From NCBI GenBank assembly GCA_964651815.1, contig CAZYWG010000003.1, forward strand, positions 52,531 to 116,530: a stretch of DNA of 64,000 nucleotides, read 5' to 3'. Shown one piece after another: positions 61,682 to 64,000 of this stretch. This DNA is from an uncultured Gammaproteobacteria bacterium (GTDB lineage: Bacteria; Patescibacteriota; Microgenomatia; Levybacterales; GWA1-39-11). Within the stretch, counting starts at the first letter, position 1, and every line of letters begins with the position of its first letter. The notes under the pieces are model-generated. The model did not search any database and was not told the origin of the DNA. It worked only from the letters and a program-made list of their open reading frames with translations. Both the position numbers and the translations under genes were made by a program.

Positions 61682-63294
61682 AAAAATGCTACAGGCATAC
61701 TGGGAGCGTTGTAGCCGCCGTGGGTTTTTTTACCGGGACGTATAGTAACCATTACGTCCGACATTTCTATCCCGTTTTCGGTGATGTAGTAGAATGGTGT
61801 AAATCGTCCTCTAATAACTTCATTTCCCGCTTTGTATATCTTTGTTACATCTTCATCAGGAAAGTAAATTGGATGCTCCAGCGATTTTCCTTCAGCATAC
61901 TTTTGCATTACGCTAACACCGCCTGAGTCAGCTAGTAATGCATCCATTTGTTGCTTGAACCCGTTTTTACTCTTGTCCTGAGCAAAAGAAACGCTTCTTG
62001 CGCCCCAGGCGTCAGGAGCTGCTCCGGACTTTTTGATTACAAGTTCTCTATCTTTTCCTGAAAGATTTATTAAATCCTCCCATGTATTTGCGATAGGTTG
62101 AGGGGCAAGTTCTGGTGTTATTACCACCGTAGGTGGAATTAACGTTTTTAAAATGTCAATTTCTTCTTCAGTAAAATACTCTTTCCAGTGTCTATCGAAA
62201 TCAGGGTGGTGTAGAAATGCCAGAATTGCTTTTTCTTCAAGGTAAGCGTGTTGCAATGTGGGTACAACATCTATTCCGGACCCGTTTCTCATTTCATCTA
62301 GAATTGGTTCTACTCCGGCATCATATCTGGCAACAACAGCTCCCTCTTTGTTTGTCATCTCAAACCCAGGATCTATTTCGTAAGTTTCGAAAAATCTATC
62401 TATACCTACCACGGGAATTCCGGCCGGTTTTCCAGCAACAAAAATATCTCCTCCTGCTTTGCTTATTGCGTTTGATGGACGAAAAACCATCTTGCCGTTC
62501 TCCTTTAAAAGTTCACCTTCATCATTTGTCCACACGGGTACACCTTGCATTCTGCTTCTTTCAGCAAGTAGTTTAAGTTCTGGCTTGAAATCCCTGCTAT
62601 CTTCATAAGAAATAATAACTACAGCGTTATTTTCGTTGGCTCCACGTGCTTTCCACATTTTGGCATAACCTTTTTCCGAACCCTCCGGTTTAACAATCTG
62701 AGGGTCTTCAACCACATCTTTATACATAGTGCTTAAAGATGAACTTATTCCGCGACCACCAATCATTAGTTCAAGTTCGGTTAGTCTGAATCCTTCTGTG
62801 GTAAGACAAAGATCAGGCCTAAACATGCTAGAAGAATATGGCATGTCACCGGACGCATCTATGAAGTCAAGTGTAGCCTGGTTTTTCCCCCTCCTCACCA
62901 CTTCTTTAACAACATCACTTTTGCCATATAAATCTGAAGCAGCATGAACGAATCTATCTAAAAGCTTGCCCATTACACGCATTCCTTCTTGTGTAGGCTT
63001 TGGAAGGTAAAAGTAATCAGGGCTCACTCCCATCCATGGGAGTTGTCCCTCTCCGTTGCTGTAAAATAAGTGATCTTTTTTAATTTGCTCAGCAATTGCG
63101 CGCCCGTTTGTATTGTGGACTTCATTTTCAACATTTCTTTTTGGAGTTTCGATAGGTGACAAAACTCCATTTCTTATTGCACCTATCTCGTCAGGCGTTA
63201 AAGGCACAATAGGATTGCGAGAAAATTCGCCGCCACGTTGCGCTTGAAATTTTGCTTGAGCTTCTCCGTTATTAATAAATTCTGGTTTTGTCAT
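61678..63294 (-). CDS. ATP-grasp-like amide ligase (glutathionylspermidine/glutathione synthetase-like)
   Basis: FRPDL..LTELE..GG, RFFE, LEEK, LVIKKSG..AWGARSV, VMQKY and R.TP motif order. Confidence 0.65.
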   Translation of the reverse strand: MTKPEFINNGEAQAKFQAQRGGEFSRNPIVPLTPDEIGAIRNGVLSPIETPKRNVENEVHNTNGRAIAEQIKKDHLFYSNGEGQLPWMGVSPDYFYLPKPTQEGMRVMGKLLDRFVHAASDLYGKSDVVKEVVRRGKNQATLDFIDASGDMPYSSSMFRPDLCLTTEGFRLTELELMIGGRGISSSLSTMYKDVVEDPQIVKPEGSEKGYAKMWKARGANENNAVVIISYEDSRDFKPELKLLAERSRMQGVPVWTNDEGELLKENGKMVFRPSNAISKAGGDIFVAGKPAGIPVVGIDRFFETYEIDPGFEMTNKEGAVVARYDAGVEPILDEMRNGSGIDVVPTLQHAYLEEKAILAFLHHPDFDRHWKEYFTEEEIDILKTLIPPTVVITPELAPQPIANTWEDLINLSGKDRELVIKKSGAAPDAWGARSVSFAQDKSKNGFKQQMDALLADSGGVSVMQKYAEGKSLEHPIYFPDEDVTKIYKAGNEVIRGRFTPFYYITENGIEMSDVMVTIRPGKKTHGGYNAPSMPVAFL

Positions 63295-63305
63295 AAGTTA
63301 AACAC

Positions 63306-63338
63306 AAAAAAACCTCCCCATTTCTGTGGGAGGTTTCG
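63306..63338 (-). terminator. Intrinsic terminator/attenuator upstream of the ATP-grasp gene
   Basis: Minus strand AAACCTCCC-ACAGAAATG-GGGAGGTTT followed by a T tract, ending 11 nt before the ATG. Confidence 0.8.
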
Positions 63339-63376
63339 TTTTTTGTCTTAATTTGTTTTTACGATTCCTCCATAAA

Positions 63377-63430
63377 TTACTCAGTCCAATAAAGGACGAA
63401 GCAAATAATGTGAAGGAACTTCTGATTCAT
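63377..63430 (-). CDS. Putative leader peptide MNQKFLHIICFVLYWTE
   Basis: ATG 7 nt downstream of the TAAAAT -10 box; 17 codons, ending just before the attenuator segments. Confidence 0.55.
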   Translation of the reverse strand: MNQKFLHIICFVLYWTE

Positions 63431-63437
63431 AAAAGAT

Positions 63438-63467
63438 ATTTTAAACGAGACTGTGAAAATTTGTCAA
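63438..63467 (-). promoter_or_regulatory. Sigma70-like promoter of the ATP-grasp/KamA operon
   Basis: TTGACA (63467-63462)-N18-TAAAAT (63443-63438). Confidence 0.7.
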
Positions 63468-63546
63468 GAGGGGAAAACGTATTACCCAGTTTGAGTAGCG
63501 GTTGTTCGCTTGGTCGCAGCAAGTGCGACATTTCGCTCACAACAGG

Positions 63547-63999
63547 TCATCCAGTTTGAGTAGCTGTTGTTCGCTCACCAGATAGTCCGAAAGATGTCCC
63601 GTGTGTTTTGTAAGAGCTCCAGTATTTGCTTTGTTGTTTTTTGCTTTGGAATAATGAGCCGTACGCTGCGCCATCTTCTAGCTTGCGGGTTGCATCGCGA
63701 ATAACTGACAATACAAACTCAAAGAAATTAAGGTGGTATTTTCCGGGTTTGATAGGCGCTTTGTCGGCAGTTGCATCTTTTACAGTCATTTCAACAACCT
63801 TAGAAGTTGCAATTAGTCTTTTAATTTCCATTCGGATTTCATCAACGCTGCGCTTAATTTGCATTTCCATGTGGGTCTCGCCGGTCCCATCAGCATTCTC
63901 AACTGTTGACCTAAAGTAATTCATGTGTTCCATTGATACTTGGGGTTTTTCTTCATTTTGTTGAGCGGGTGCCTGGTCGTGCTTTTTGGATAGTGAAAC
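63547..63999 (-). CDS. CPR-type conserved protein (DUF5660-like), 5' end outside the window
   Basis: The frame stays open to the window edge; KPGKYHLNFFE and YW..YKTHGTSFGLSGERTTATQTG C-terminus. Confidence 0.7.
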   Translation of the reverse strand, partial: VSLSKKHDQAPAQQNEEKPQVSMEHMNYFRSTVENADGTGETHMEMQIKRSVDEIRMEIKRLIATSKVVEMTVKDATADKAPIKPGKYHLNFFEFVLSVIRDATRKLEDGAAYGSLFQSKKQQSKYWSSYKTHGTSFGLSGERTTATQTG

Positions 64000-64000
64000 A

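Noticed and set aside
58468-63470. Genomic island integrated at tRNA-Val
   Set aside because: No repeat of the tRNA 3' end and no integrase found in the window; cannot be excluded beyond it.

Overview
AT-rich, gene-dense chromosomal segment. Gene content and style point to a Patescibacteria/CPR bacterium, probably Microgenomates (inferred from DUF5660-like and other CPR-type proteins, a large type IV pilus locus, short PheT/ThrS forms and near absence of Shine-Dalgarno sites). Housekeeping genes include efp, yebC, pyrB, folD, gyrB-ppa-gyrA, rpmF-nusB-rnc, rpsP-KH-trmD, recG, purD, tyrS, PBP1A, thrS-infC-rpmI-rplT, pheS/T and tRNA-Val(GAC). Gene orientation converges on a ~1 kb non-coding region (8534-9566) containing an 11-6-11 palindromic dif-like site, about 1.8 kb from a single Xer recombinase; this is a likely replication terminus. 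The type IV pilus locus (21.5-37.9 kb) has about 10 pilin-like genes and an embedded DUF2723/TMEM260-like glycosyltransferase. The best candidate for an undescribed system is at 59.6-63.5 kb: a leader-peptide/attenuator-preceded operon of an ATP-grasp-like amide ligase, a KamA-family lysine 2,3-aminomutase and a P-loop NTPase, followed by an M20 peptidase, with a LysE exporter nearby. Other patterns are pervasive leaderless promoters, duplicated gene 3' ends flanking small hairpins, and 7-nt-period microrepeats in prepilin leaders. All calls come from manual motif recognition; no searches were run.
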